Assembly (NCBI RefSeq): GCF_016432865.1
Contig: NC_067403.1
Span: 246,016,001-246,080,000 of the forward strand
DNA from: Antechinus flavipes
Lineage: Eukaryota
Reading direction: 5' to 3'
DNA length: 64,000 nucleotides
A program made the position numbers and the translations under genes. Shown here piece after piece: positions 38,088-51,907 of this stretch; position 1 is the stretch's first letter; each line of letters begins with the position of its first letter. The notes beneath the pieces are model-generated. The model searched no databases. It was not told where the DNA came from and worked only from the letters and a program-made list of their open reading frames with translations.

Positions 38088-39583
38088 TGTAGGAGTCCAG
38101 CTCCAGTGGATAGAATGAGTGTGGATATGAAATGAAGATGCACAAGCCAGGTGGGAATTGTCTAAGCAATCTGTTTATTGATCTGAGAGCCAGAATTTAT
38201 AAACTCTTTAAGCTAAATTAATAACAAGATTAAACTAGCACTGCATTTGTCTCCAGTTAGCACTGTGTACATCCCAGGGTTAATATATATATACTATTTG
38301 ACATTACAGTTTGACATTAATTTTATTTTTTTTTTGCTTGAAACATTTTTTTTAATTTTTTAATAGCCTTTTATTTACAAGTTGTATGCATGGGTAATTT
38401 TACAGCATTGACAATTGCCAAACCTTTTGTTCTAATTTTTCCCCTCCTTTCCCCTACCCCTTCCCCTGGATGGCAGGATGACCAATACATGTTAAATGTA
38501 TTAAAGTATAAATTAAATACAAAATAAGCATACATGACCAAACCGTTATTTTGCTATAAAAAAAGACTTGGACTCTGAAATATTGTACAATTAGCCTGTG
38601 AAGGAAATCAAAAATGCAGGCAGGAGAAAATATAGAGATTGGGAATTCAATGTAATGGTTCTTAGTCATCTCTTAGAGTTCTTTCCCTGGATATAGCTGG
38701 TTCAGTTTATTACTGCTTCATTGGAACTGATTTGGTTCATCTCATTGCTGGAGATGGCCAAGTCCATCAGAATTGATCATCATATAGTATTGTTGTTGAA
38801 GTGTATATTGATCTCCTGACCCTGCTCATTTCATTCAGCATCAGTTCATGTAAGTCTCTCCAGGCCTTTCTGAAATCATCCTGTTGGTCATTTCTTACCA
38901 AACAATAATATTCCATAATATTCATATACCACAATTTATTCAGCTGTTCTCCAATTGATGGGCATCTAGTCAGTTTCCAGTTTCTGGCCACTACAAACAA
39001 GGCTGCCACAAACATTCTTGCACATACAGGTCCCTTTCTCTTCTTTAAGATCTCTTTGGGATATAAGCTCAGTAGTAACACTGCTGGATCAAAGGGTATG
39101 CTCAGTTTGATAACTTTATGAGCATAGTTCCAAATTGCTCTCCAGAATGACTGGATGTATTCACAATTCCACCAACAATGTATTAGTGTCCCTGTTTTCC
39201 CACATCCCCTCCAACATTCTGCATTATCTTTCCCTGTCATTCTAGCCAGTCTGACAGGTGTGTAGTGGTATCTCAGAGTTTGACATTAATTTTAACAGTA
39301 ACTAGAAATAGCAATAATAGTCATAAATAGCAGTAACTAGCAGTAACAATGTAATCATCATAATGGTCATAAATAGTATAACTAAATAGTATAGCTTTGT
39401 TCCTGTTATATGCATTCTTCACTAAGATTATCCTACATTTATCTCAAACATGTCTTTCATTCATTGTTATGAGTGATGGTGAACCAATGCTTTGAACTAT
39501 GCACCTTTACAGAGAGCAAGTCTCGGGGTAATGTCTGGACTGGCCTCTTCCTGTATGGACTTACTCAATTCTGACCCTCTACA
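38088..39583 (-). repeat. 5' LTR of the ERV, interrupted by an L1
   Basis: Homologous to the 35661 LTR; followed after 2 nt by the PBS-like tgacacctgaatagacag (38085-38068). Confidence 0.7.
38326..39276 (-). mobile_element. 5'-truncated L1 with 17-18 bp TSD
   Basis: ORF 38767-39240 is the L1 ORF2 C-terminus (CWRGCGKTGTLIHCWW); poly(T) end; TSD agtttgacattaatttta at 38308-38325 and 39277-39294. Confidence 0.95.
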
Positions 39584-39630
39584 GTGTTCCATGTTCCCCA
39601 TGAATAATTTGTTCTATAGTATGGGAACTA

Positions 39631-39776
39631 NNNNNNNNNNNNNNNNNNNNNNNNNNNNNNNNNNNNNNNNNNNNNNNNNNNNNNNNNNNNNNNNNNNNNN
39701 NNNNNNNNNNNNNNNNNNNNNNNNNNNNNNNNNNNNNNNNNNNNNNNNNNNNNNNNNNNNNNNNNNNNNNNNNNNN
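39631..39776. other. Assembly gap (146 N)
   Basis: Run of N. Confidence 1.
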
Positions 39777-40151
39777 CTCTACTGTAAAAAAACCCACTAA
39801 TGACAGGAATAAGGGAAATTTTCCTTAAAGTGATTGAAATAACTATAGAAAGCCAAGACTTAGAATTATTGTAGCAATTAGAGAAGCAAAGACTAGAGGT
39901 ACTTAAGTCAGAAATCATTTAATTTTCCATATTAAATATTTTAATATAGCTTATTCAAATAAAAATTGGAAGGGACATAATTTAGTGGACAGGAAGAGCA
40001 ATATCAATCGACAATATGATAAGGCATACAAACACAGTGCTCATTAAATCTAAAACTCTTCTTTGTCTTCTCTCTGTGTTTATATATGTATGCATATATT
40101 AACACACATATTCATGCATATGTGCATATATGCATGCGTGCATATGTATCC

Positions 40152-41093
40152 CTAAGGAGTATTTTTCAAGAAAATCTTCTTCAAGGCATCCTTCACATCC
40201 TTATTTTTTAAACTATATATGAGGGGATTGAGCATGGGAATAACCATTGTATAAAATACAGAGACAACCTTGTCTTGCTGCATTGAATAACTGGAGGTAG
40301 GACGTGCATACATGAAAAGAATGGTCCCAAAGAAAATGGTTACAGCCATAAGGTGGGAAGCACAGGTGGAAAAGGCTTTGCTTCTTCCCTCAGCAGAGTG
40401 CATCCTCAAGATGGTGACAAGGATGAAAAGGTAAGACATGAGGATCATCAGCACGCAACTGATAACAATGAAGCTGGAGAAAATCATGATGACAATCCCA
40501 TTAACACGAGTGTCAGAGCACGAGAGTTTCAGGAGGGGAGGTGTATCACAATAAAAATGGTTAATCAGATTAGAGCCACAAAATGACAACCTGAAGGTCA
40601 TGCCAGTGTGAACAGCTGCATTACTAAATCCACCTAAGAATGCAGTAACTACCAGCAAGAGGCAAATTCTTTCAGACATGATGACAGAGTACAATAATGG
40701 ATAGCAGATGGCCACATAACGATCGTACGCCATCATTGCTAAGAGGAAACACTCAATACCTACAAATGAGCCAAAGAAGAAAAACTGAGCAGCACAACCA
40801 TTGAAGGAGATGGCCTTCTTTTCATCAAAGAGATTTACCAACATCCTGGGAGTGATTGAAGAGGAGTAAGATGAGTCCACAAAGGACAAACAGCTGAGGA
40901 AGAAATACATGGGAGTATGGAGTCGGGATTCAATCTTGATGAGAAGGATCATTCCCAAATTTCCCACCATGGTGGCTGTGTAGATGAAGAGAAATATCAC
41001 AAAGAGGACAGGCTGCAGTTTGGGATTATCTGAGAGTCCCAACAGGACAAATTCAGTCACCTCTGTTTCATTCCACACCTTAATGTCACCCAT
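40152..41093 (-). CDS. OR5AP2: Olfactory receptor OR5AP2-like (intact, 313 aa)
   Basis: NET sequon; [41 protein letters not shown] and [18 protein letters not shown] match recalled human OR5AP2, which neighbours the OR5M genes in the human 11q12 cluster. Confidence 0.92.
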   Translation of the reverse strand: MGDIKVWNETEVTEFVLLGLSDNPKLQPVLFVIFLFIYTATMVGNLGMILLIKIESRLHTPMYFFLSCLSFVDSSYSSSITPRMLVNLFDEKKAISFNGCAAQFFFFGSFVGIECFLLAMMAYDRYVAICYPLLYSVIMSERICLLLVVTAFLGGFSNAAVHTGMTFRLSFCGSNLINHFYCDTPPLLKLSCSDTRVNGIVIMIFSSFIVISCVLMILMSYLFILVTILRMHSAEGRSKAFSTCASHLMAVTIFFGTILFMYARPTSSYSMQQDKVVSVFYTMVIPMLNPLIYSLKNKDVKDALKKIFLKNTP

Positions 41094-42209
41094 CTATGTG
41101 ATTATTCATGCTGAGCAAAGAAAGATATTTATTATAACTGTTTTTAGGATAAACAAATGGGGAATACACTTGAGTATTAATAGGTTAGTTCAAAGATCTA
41201 TATTCTAGTTCTTAATGTTACTAAATTTCTATAAGGATTTGATTAAATTCCTTTATTTTTCTAGTTTCCAGTTTACTCTTCTATATATTGTGGGATTTGA
41301 AGTTTGAAGTAACTTTGAAACTAGAATGATTGTTATGGGGAAAAAAAGATATCAAAATAGATTATAGCATCACAGACTTATAGCCTGAAAAATCTTTAGT
41401 AGAACAGCTAGTCCAACAACATTATTTAAAAAGTTGAGATGCATAGTACTACATCAGTAGTAAAGTAATACATATAGTAAATAGTATACTCAGGTTTGTA
41501 ACTCATATCTCCTGTCCTCTAGACCCATTGAACTTTCTACTACAAAACATGGCCTTTAACATAGTTTATTCTGTTTTCTAATCTATGTCTCCAGCCCTTC
41601 ATTTTCATTAGAATTCCACTCATACCCACATTTGTCTACCAACTAATTATTTGAAAGAATGAAAAAAATGAATAGGAGCCAGATTGAAAATCACCAAACA
41701 GGCTGAGAAGTATGTAGTATATTGCAGAATCAACTGGGAACCACTAAATATATATATATATTTTAAATGTAGGGAAATTTTATAGCCAAAACTATGCCTA
41801 GGATGAGTATTTTACATACTGCAGATGACTGATAGAATAGACAAAAAAAGAGATGCATAGAAATCAACTACAATATTGATAGTTCATATGAAAAATCATA
41901 AAGGTCCTAACTACATTGGTGGTTTTGGAGGGTTCAGGAAGGATCAAATACCAGTGAAAATGCTAAGAATAAAAACTTCAATATTTTCAAATAATTGGGT
42001 AGGGGAGAAGTGAAGGATAAGACAACAGATTGATGAATTTGAAGTTGTAAAACTAGATGACAAGGAAGATATTGGTGCTAAAAAGAGAATTAGGGAAGAT
42101 TGGAAGAAAGGGAAACTTAGGAAGATGATGAATTCCATTATAAACCTGTTGAATGTTTGACACTGAAAAGTGATCAAGGTAGAACTATCCATTTGGAACA
42201 AGAACTCAT

Positions 42210-43220
42210 TAGCTGAGAAAAAACTTCCATGAAAAAATATTGGAAAATAGTATTGCAGAAAGTGGATATAGACCAATATCGTATGCTTTTTTGCCAAATT
42301 GAGCTCAAAATTGGAGTATGATTCAGATCCAAAGGATGATATAACAAATTAAGAGAGTAATGAATACTTTACTTGTCAGATCTATGGACAAGGGAAGAAC
42401 CAATGATCAAAGGGGAAAAAAGAGAACATTTAAAGATGCAAAATGTATTATTTTGATTATATTAAGATAAAAACATTTTGCACCAACAGAAGGAAATGCA
42501 GCCATTAGAAGGCAAACAGAAAATTGGAAAATATGTTTTATAGCTAACATGTCTGTTAAAGTTTTCATTGTTCTACTATCTAAAGTACTAATTTTTTAAC
42601 AAGCAAAACTAATGCAGACAAGACTGGAAGGGAAGCAATAAACTGGAGGGGGCAATTTTGTATCCACAGTCTCTGTTAAAGGTTTCATTTTGAAAATATA
42701 TAGAGAAGTGACCCAAATTTGTAAGAATATAAGGCATTCTCTAATTAATAAATGTTCAAAGGATATGGATAGACACTTTTCAGATGAAAAAAATTAAATG
42801 AAAAAATACTCTAATCCATTATTGATCAGAGAAATGAAAATTAAGACGACTCTGAGGTATCACTACACAACTCTCACATTGGCTAAGATGATGATGAATG
42901 CTGGAGGGGATGTGGAAAAATTGAGACACTGATACATTGTTGGTGGAGCTGTGAATTGATCCAACCACTCTGGAGACAAATTTGGAACTATGTCCAAAGG
43001 ACTAATAAACTGTATATACCATTTGAACTAGCAATGTTTCTACTGGCCTATATCCCAAAGAGATCATTAAAAAATGAAAAGTACTGACATGTGCAAAAAT
43101 ATTTGTAGTCACCATTTTGTAGTAGTACAGAATTGGAAATTGAGTGAATGCTGAGTAGTTGGGAGAATGGCTGAATAAGTTATGGTATATGAATATTATA
43201 GAATATTATTGTTTTCTGAA
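42210..43220 (+). mobile_element. Decayed L1 ORF2 3' fragments
   Basis: L1 signatures (tcagatctatggacaagggaagaa, ctctgaggtatcactacaca, tgctggaggggatgtggaaaa). Confidence 0.8.
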
Positions 43221-44893
43221 ATCTGATTAGAACTGAATTATTGGCAAGAAGATGGAAAGAACATTTGTTTAATAAAAAGAATATTTTTAACCTGGCTGTG
43301 GGACTTCATCATGCCTACTGTATCAGGATGCCATCCCATCTTCACTTATTTAAAAGATACGTTATCTTTTCCCATTATACTGAGAGTTCCTTGAAATCAG
43401 GGACTCTCTTTTAACACCCTTGTATCTCTAGTGCTTAGTATATTCCTAGCATATGGTTGTTGATTAATAAATGCTTATGAAATCTGACTCTGTAAAGTCC
43501 AGGATCTGATAAAAAATAACAGAACAGTTCAATTACCAAAGAGCTATAATAAGGACTATTTTAAAAAGCAAGTGGTATAAAATGGACATTAATTTTTCAT
43601 ATAAAATTACCTTTTTTCATTCTTCTGTGTGTGTATATAAATTCAATTTTTGGGTTTCTTGTCAGTTAATTATTAAAGGAAAACATATACCAAAAATGTC
43701 ATTTTTTCCTATTCTGTAGAAGATTGGTTGCAAGGAAAAGACATCTGAATCATGGAGGTCAATTAAGATGCTATTGTGAGCAAGAACTGATAAGCATCTC
43801 CACTAGGATAGAGCCCAACATAGTAGCAAGAAGGGAATGATCATGAAAAAATTGGAAAGTAAATAAGTCGAAAGGAAACTAAGAGTAATATGAAAGTCAA
43901 AAGCAAAGAGAGTACTTGTAAGAGGATACAGTTAACAGAATCAACAGCTGGAAGAACTCAAGGAAGATGAACATTGAGAAAATGCCTTTGGATTTTATCA
44001 GTTCAAAAATTGTTAGTAATCCCTTAAAGAACAGTCTCAGCACAATGGTGGGAGAAGTAATTAAAGGCAATATGAATGTGTACAGCAGAACAACCTAATA
44101 TCATCTTAAACCTGTAAGAAATGCTCCAGCAAAAGAGTAGCCAGAGAAATAAAAAGTCATCTTCACAACTCACCAGAAAAATGAACAGAAAAATTAAGGA
44201 AGTGAGTAAACAAAAAGGAGGTCTTGATACAAATAAGTATTGTTAAAGGTTAAAGAATAAAAAGGGAAATTTTCTAGAATTAAAAGAAAATTCTATATGA
44301 ATTACAGCCAGAACCCTCGAAAAGAAAATGTTGCAATCACAAAACCCAAAGAGATTTGAAAAAGCTAATAAAAATGGTAGGAAAATGTAAGGTAAATTCA
44401 GAAATCATTTTTAGATAAAAATTTGAGGAAAGAAAAATTGATAGTAAATGGGAAATTCTAATAAAGCAATGAATAACCTGAAAAATAAAATAGAGAATGC
44501 AGAACAGAAGAATTCAGTAGCATAATTAGAAGCATTAGTGTCAGGCCTGTGAGAACGAAGGCATATCAATATACTGTTATTGAAGCTTTTCCAGATGGTA
44601 AGCTCTCAGTAAAACCTACTTAAATATCTGGGAAGTTTTAATGAATTCACTTGTAAAGTCTTTCCTGACCTAAAGTGTCTTTACCTTTTAAATCCAAAAT
44701 GTTATGTTCTGGGATTCCTTTCATCTCTGACATTCTCTATAATTAGTCCTTTTCCAAGATCTGTATTTTATATTTTAAGATTCTATTTTTCTTCAATATT
44801 CTAACATCTATATCTCTATAATATTCAGCAATATACCCAGAGATCATAATCTTTACTTCTATTTTCATTCAAATACCATTTTCCCCAGAAAAT

Positions 44894-45135
44894 CAGCATT
44901 CACTCACCTTTACCTCAATCATTTCTACATGGGAAAATAGTGAGACAAAGCAAAGTGCATGTCTTGGGGATTTATAAAACCTACATGTCATTGACTTCCC
45001 TATCACTTTGGACGAAGATTTTCCAAGAATCTACCATTAGTAATAAAGAAACAATCAATAGAAAAATTAGTCCCATTAGATTGTGACTTGTGGGGATTTT
45101 TTTTTCTCAAATATACCCAGAAGGAACAATTAAAA
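44894..45135 (-). promoter_or_regulatory. Predicted promoter and first exon of the OR5AP2-like gene
   Basis: Donor AAG|GTGAGT at 44907; caatta 45127-45132; homologous to 34877-35120. Confidence 0.6.
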
Positions 45136-45298
45136 GTTTTTTTTTTCATTGAGTATAAAACTTGAAGCTAAATATTAAATAGCAGAATTTTACCTTTTTT
45201 CTATCTAGTTCTTCTATTTCTAGTTGCAACATTTTCTTTTCTAGGGTTCTGGCTGTAATTCCTATAGATTTTTTTTTAATTCTAGAACTAGAATTCTA

Positions 45299-45301
<3 letters not shown>

Positions 45302-45351
<50 letters not shown>

Positions 45352-45483
45352 TTAGGCAATTGTAGTTAAGTGACTTGCTGAGGGTCACACAGCCAGAAAG
45401 TGTTAAGTATTTGAAGCTAGATTTGAACTCAGGTCCCCCTGACTTCAGGGCTGATGTGCTAGGCTCTATGCCATTTAGCTGCC
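45302..45483 (-). mobile_element. WSINE1-type SINE with (GA)n tail
   Basis: (TC)n 45302-45349 then the SINE body ending gccatttagctgcc. Confidence 0.85.
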
Positions 45484-46596
45484 TTCTTTTCTCATTTTTA
45501 AGAAAACCTTTATTATTATGTAGTACCCAGTAATGTGTGATTTCAGACATTTTTTTCACATTATACTATGGAAAAAGAACATAAAATCTTAATATCCCCA
45601 TGTTATAGATGAGGAAACTAAGATTCATGGATATAAAGTTATTTCTCAAGGATAACATATCTGACAATAGGCAGGTGCCTAAAATAAATAGAAAATGAGC
45701 CAAACTTCCTTCAAAATCCATCTTTAGAGTAGGTGTTCCAGGAATAATCCACAAAGTTTATTGTCTGTGATATAAGGAATATGTTTACAAAACTAGATCC
45801 CTTTACATCCCTTAATTTTTAAATGGTTTGATATGAACATAGTTAAAATGACATTTCCTCTCCCATCAACCTTCTGAATTCCAAAAGATATTTATACTTA
45901 AAATATTTCTGCAGCCTAGAGACTACCAGCTACTGTCATGGTTTAGTGGAAATAATACACTGAAATTGAAAAAAATCTGATTTCAAATCCTGATTATATA
46001 CTATCTGACTATCAATCAATCAATAAGCAATCTCAAAATGCTCACTATTTGTCAGGCACAGGGGATAAAAAAGACAGAATTGAGAGTTACATTTTTAAAA
46101 ACATGTTCCACAAGTCACAAGTCATTCAACTTCATTTTGAACCTTCATGACAAAGCATATTATCCAATTAGTAAAAAAAAAAAAAAAAGTTTTCTTTTTC
46201 TTTTAGCCAAAATATAAAGCTGAAGATGCTATGTTATATTTTAGGATCAAGGGAAGTATTGGATTAAAAGGAGCACTTTGAAAAGTTTACATTTTTCGAT
46301 TAAATATTAATTATTGACATTTTAAAAGTTATTTTTGGTCCTCAAATGGAAGCAATGATCTTTATGTTAAGAATTTCTAAATGTTCACCTTTCAAAAATT
46401 CCAAATGCAAATCATTAACTGCATACCCTACAGAACTATGCTGCCCATGCCTAGGTTTTGAAGCAAAACATTATGCCAAGATGTCCTCTACTTGCTCTGT
46501 TCTCATGAACAGGCTCTACTCCTCAAACATTGTCAGGGTTCCCTTGGTCTTTCTTTTTCTTTCTTTCTTTCTATTTTTTTTTTGTAGTCTTGCATA

Positions 46597-46750
46597 TTTT
46601 ATTTATTTATTTATTTTAATTACAGCTTTTTATTGACAGAACATATGCATGGGTAATTTTTACAAAATTGTCCCTTGCACTCACTTCTGTTCCAACTTTT
46701 CCTTTCCCTCCCTCCAACCCCTTCCTTAAATATCAGGCACTCTCATACAT
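46597..46750 (-). mobile_element. L1 3' terminal fragment
   Basis: (TTTA)n tail then gacagaacatatgcatgggtaatttttaca...cccttgcactcacttctg, the same 3' end as the L1 before the gap at 62791. Confidence 0.85.
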
Positions 46751-47419
46751 ATGGTTCCCTTCGTCTTGAGAGTAGCAAATAGAAAGAGCACTGGATTTGA
46801 ATTCAAGGAGACCTGATTTTTTTTTTATCTTTTTTTCAAATATTTCACAATTCTATGACCTTGGGGAAATCACTTAACGTCTCACAGATTCAGTTTTCTG
46901 ATATGTTAAAATAGGGATAATGATATCAACTACTTCCTGAAGGATTTGGCAAAAAAATCAAATAAATATGCAACTGTGAGCTTTGAAGCTCTGTATAAAT
47001 ATTAGCTATTATTGTATTAGTCCACCCAATGTAGAGGATCTTCTCTGCAATATAGACAGTAAATGATGATCCAATCTTTTTATGAAGAGCTCAAAGTATG
47101 GGTATTCACTATATTCCAAGGAAATCTTTTCTTCTGTAGAACAGCACTAATTTTTGATGCATTCCCCAACCCCTGACAACAAACCTAATGTTCCCTTTCA
47201 TCTATTATTCCTCCTTCCGTTCCCTGGGAACAAATAGAGAACATTTAATCCCTTATTACAGATTCAAATATTTAAATTCAATAATCAAACCTCTTGACAA
47301 ATATTCCTTACCAAATTTTCTCTTCTTTAAATTAAGCACTTGGAGTCCCCCTAACTGAAATATTCTTTACATAAAACCATGAAAAAAAAATTGACAATAA
47401 AAGTAGTATCATAAGATTT

Positions 47420-47740
47420 AATGTAAATAAATAAAGGTTTCATTTTTATTTAGTTTTATATTTTAAAATTCTGAAATAATTTAAGAAAAATTTAAAAGTA
47501 ATTAAATATGCACTTCATGAAGATACAGTTATAAATACAAAAAAAAAAGTTTCAGGCAAATAACCACCCTGCTTTTTTTTTTTCAAATAGCAAGCAATTA
47601 TTTTTCTTTCTACCACCAAATGAAGAATAAAAGGGAAAAAAGACAGACAAAACATTTTTAACAAATGTGCAAGTAAAACAGATTTCCACATTGGCCACAT
47701 CCAAAAAATCTGACTCATTCTTCATGTCTAGTTAAACAAA
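47420..47740 (-). mobile_element. Older L1 3' fragment
   Basis: acaaatgtgcaagtaaaacagatttccacattggccacatccaaaa signature. Confidence 0.55.
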
Positions 47741-50700
47741 TGAAGCTTCAAAACAGCTAAAATTCCAATGTGTACAACCTCATAGATAGAACATTCTAAA
47801 AAGATGATGAGTAGAAATTTATAATCATCACTAGTAATGAAGAAAAATCTTGTATTGAATATAATGGACAGAGTTCTGGGTCCAGCATTGGAATGATTTC
47901 AAATCCAACCTGAGATAGTTACTAACTATAAGACTAGGGGCGAATCAGCTATTTCCCTTTCTGCCTCAGATTGCCCAGCTGTAAAATGGATATAATAATA
48001 ACACTGTTTCATGAGTCTGTGAGACTCAAATGAGATCGTATTTGTAAAACACCTAACAGAGTGCACATAAAAGGAGATTAATTAAAAATTGTTTCTTTGG
48101 ATTTGGGGGAGAAAGGCCTCTCACTCAATCAGGGTTTTTAGAAATATCCAGAGCACATTCCTAAGAAATCCTTAATGGTTCATTATATTAGCATAACAAT
48201 GATATGATGAAGTCTGTCCAAGAGATCAGAGCCAATGACTCTCCATGATAAGTGACTTTTCTCTACTTGTTCTTTACAAAAACAACTATGATAGAAATAT
48301 AATTACTAGTCATGTGATCTTAGACAAATCATTTTGCCACTCCTAGCCACAGTTTCCTTAGCTGTGAAATGAAAGTGATAATTACCTAACAAGATGGACT
48401 TTGAAGATCAAATGAACTATCATATTTTAAAAGCTTTGCAAATCTTTGTCTAGCAAATGCTAGCAAGAAAAATGGTTTTTACAATAAACAATACATGTGT
48501 CTATAGAATGATCATATATTTTAGGCTTTGGATAATGAATTGTTCTCATTTTGATGCTAAATCCATTTTCCTCACTGTACTCTCATTTTTCCTGTTTTTA
48601 GAGATTATAGAAAATAAGATTCATGGACCTTAATGAAGCACAGAGAATAAGAAAAATCTTCAGGAAATCCTGGATTTATTTTCATGCCAAAAAAGACCAG
48701 GTCTTTAATCAATTCTTCATTCTCAATTTCTGTAGGAATGTACATGGCACTTTATCTCTTATGAACATTATCCATTTACACCTTCTCCACCTGAAGATTG
48801 TAAGCTTATCTGACTAAAAAGAAGGATTTCTTGAAATTAACTTCTGAAAAAATTGCAATTAATAATAATAGATAAATAAATGAGAGAGAGTATGGATAGG
48901 CAAATATCATGTGGAATCCTTAGGACAAATATTACATTTCTGTTATGGGAACAAAGAGAAATTATCTCAAAGTCACAAAATTTCAGTCATTAGGAATTCA
49001 CTAAATAGCTTTTATGTATCCCATATGCTGAGTGGAAGGGATAATACAAAGTAAAAAAAAATGAAACTGTCTTTTTCTTTAAGAAGCTTATATTCAGTCT
49101 GAAGAATACAAAATATCTCAGTAGCCATGTATAAAACTGAGATTGGACAAAATGAATTTAACATTGTAATTTTTTTTTTCATTTTATTTAATAGGATTTT
49201 GAAACATGGAGGAACATTCCCCACTTCTAAGTTGACATTGGATGAAATTGAGACATAGACATTTGATGGCCAGGATCCCAAAGCTAGTAGGCAGCAGAGA
49301 TGACATCCAAATTCCATTCTCTCCTGACTTTAATGTTAACAAATTTCTGGTTCAGTCATATTTATTTGAGCTGCTTCAGTCTCAAATACCATAATGCTAA
49401 TCAAGAAGCTATTGCTTCTCCAATTGCTAATTGAAACAAATACATTGGGAAGTAGAACATTAAATGATTTCCTGTGAATTCCAAAGTACACAGAAATGCC
49501 AAACCCACCAGTAAAAGTAGAAGGATTTTCATGAGAATTTAGAATAGGAGGAGCCTGGAAATACGTTTATGTGCCTTATGTGACTTTTAGGACAAATCTC
49601 TAAGGTTTACTTAACTTTTTGGAAAGGATTATGGTATTGACATTCTTCTTCTTATGATATTCACAAAAAAAAAATCCATAATAAAGAGGAACTTATAAAA
49701 GCCTTGTTCATCCATATTTGATTGTTTTCTTACATATTTTTTATATATTACATATTAACTTACATATTCTTATGTAGTAACTGGGCATAGTAGTCTAGGA
49801 TTGTGTCAGTTCTTTTGTACAATATGTGACAAAGATATTACCATTAAATGACTATAATAATATTTACTGTTGTGAACATAGACTAACATAAATTTATAAT
49901 AGAATAACTCACTTTTGTACAGTCAGAGGAATCCTCTGAAAGCAGAGCGCTGTATGTAGTGTATAATGTTTTGTCTTTTTTCCCAAGATGGTTTTATTGA
50001 ATTTGACAGTATTTATAACAACTTTCTGTTGAGTTGCTGCATGATTTTAGGTTTACAGATCTAAAATCTTGAATAGACGAGTTATCTTGTCAGGTGGTCT
50101 TCATGTGGTGGCTGAATCTGAATCAGCCTTTGAAGAGGGAACCATTTTCCCTGGATTTTTAGGATCAAGAACTGTGGTGGGGACAAAAGCTACTCCAGAT
50201 CTGCTTTGGGTCGGTAAGCACCGGAAGCTATTAATGGGAGTTGCTATGGCATCCAGGCAGAGGGGAATTTAGCACTTTTCTTGTATTTTCTAGTGAATGG
50301 TATTGAGATCACTACAGTGGCTTAATTGAATTCTTGGGTGCTTTTCTTAGGTCTTTAAGCAAAATAAGCCATAGATTACATTCACTAAATGTTTGTTCTT
50401 TATAGGTGGCTTCAAAGGCTGTTAGACAATAAGCTGATGAGCAGATCTTGAAAAGGAGCAGAGATTCTATTCTATCCATTAGAACAATATTTGAATGTCA
50501 ATAAGTGTATTTTACTTAAGGAGCATATTGTAGTAACAGTAATTATTAGTATAATTACAAAAACCATACATTTTACACTCCTTTATGAATTTTAGACACT
50601 GTAAGACACATTTATTGTTCATTTTAATATTATTTTATATAGAATTTGCTCCCAGCAATGCTAGGAGACAGATATTTTAAACCATGAAGCACCTTAGATT

Positions 50701-51907
50701 AAGTGCTAAATTTGGAAGAAAAGTGAGAGGATCAATGGGGACAAACATTTATTAAATGTTTACTATGTCTTAAACAATAAGTGCTTTGCAAATATCTCAT
50801 TTTTGAGTCATGAGCTTTGAGTTACAGTGAAATATGGCATGGAGTATCAACATTAATCATAATCACTGGTCATTTAATAAACATTTTTGCTTTCCCTCAA
50901 CTTCCAGGAATGAAATGGTACCAGTGATAACCCATGGATTCAAGGAAATTTTCTTATTCATTTTTAAAAGAAAAAGCCCTATATTTCATTGTATGAGTGA
51001 CATTTTCATCTTTCTTTTCAATAGACAAGAAAGAAAAAATAATTCACCAAGCAATGCCTTTCTTAAAGAATGCAAAATATTCAGTCAATACTAAAATAAC
51101 TTGGTTTTGTTTTGTTTGTTTGATGAGACAATATGGTATAAGAGTTGAAAAAGGAAAAAAGAGGTAGCTGGTTCAATATATACATTACCAGATAATTTAC
51201 ATAACCTGCACTGAAGTCTTTCTTCACACAACCATTGGGTGTGTGTTCACAAATACACCACTTAATTCCTTAATGATACCAAAGAATTCTCTCCATCTCT
51301 AATTGACAAAATTACTAATGATCTACATTAGTAATGACAATTAGAGTCCTTTATGCCAATTAAATTAGAGGTTTTTTATCTAGTGGTATACAGGATAAGG
51401 TACTGACCAAGAACTGGGAATATTTGAGTAGACATGCTATCTCAGACTATTATTAGGTACGTAATATGTGGAAGTCTCTAAAATTCTTGAAACCTTGGTC
51501 TCTCAATAATAAAACTGCAGATGCTAATAAAATTTTCACAGAGTTATAACGAAGCTAAATAATGATTATATATATATGTATGTATATATAAATTGATTTG
51601 AAAAAAAATTAAAACTGAAAGTGAAATGTGAACTTTATTCAGAAAAATTCTCATGAGACACATACAAACACATACCAAAGCAAACAAACAGAGAGAGAGA
51701 GAAAGAGAGAGAGACAGACATTCTGCTTGCATCTGCTTGCAAAATTGATGAAATTCTGAGAAGTCCTTGTTACTTAATGTCTTCTTGAACATGCACAAAC
51801 AAAACTCATTCAATAACACTTGGTTTGTATAAATTAAAAATGAACCTTTTTTTGAAAGGCATTTGTCTGCCAGTGCAGAGAAACACAGATATTATTAAAA
51901 CAAGAAC

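Larger units (their letters stand above)
35661..39583 (-). mobile_element. Internally deleted betaretrovirus-like (ERV2) provirus
   Basis: TGTA...TACA termini; near-perfect 6-bp TSD gtgtcc/gtgttc; paired LTRs; PBS-like site; gag and dUTPase remnants. Confidence 0.85.
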
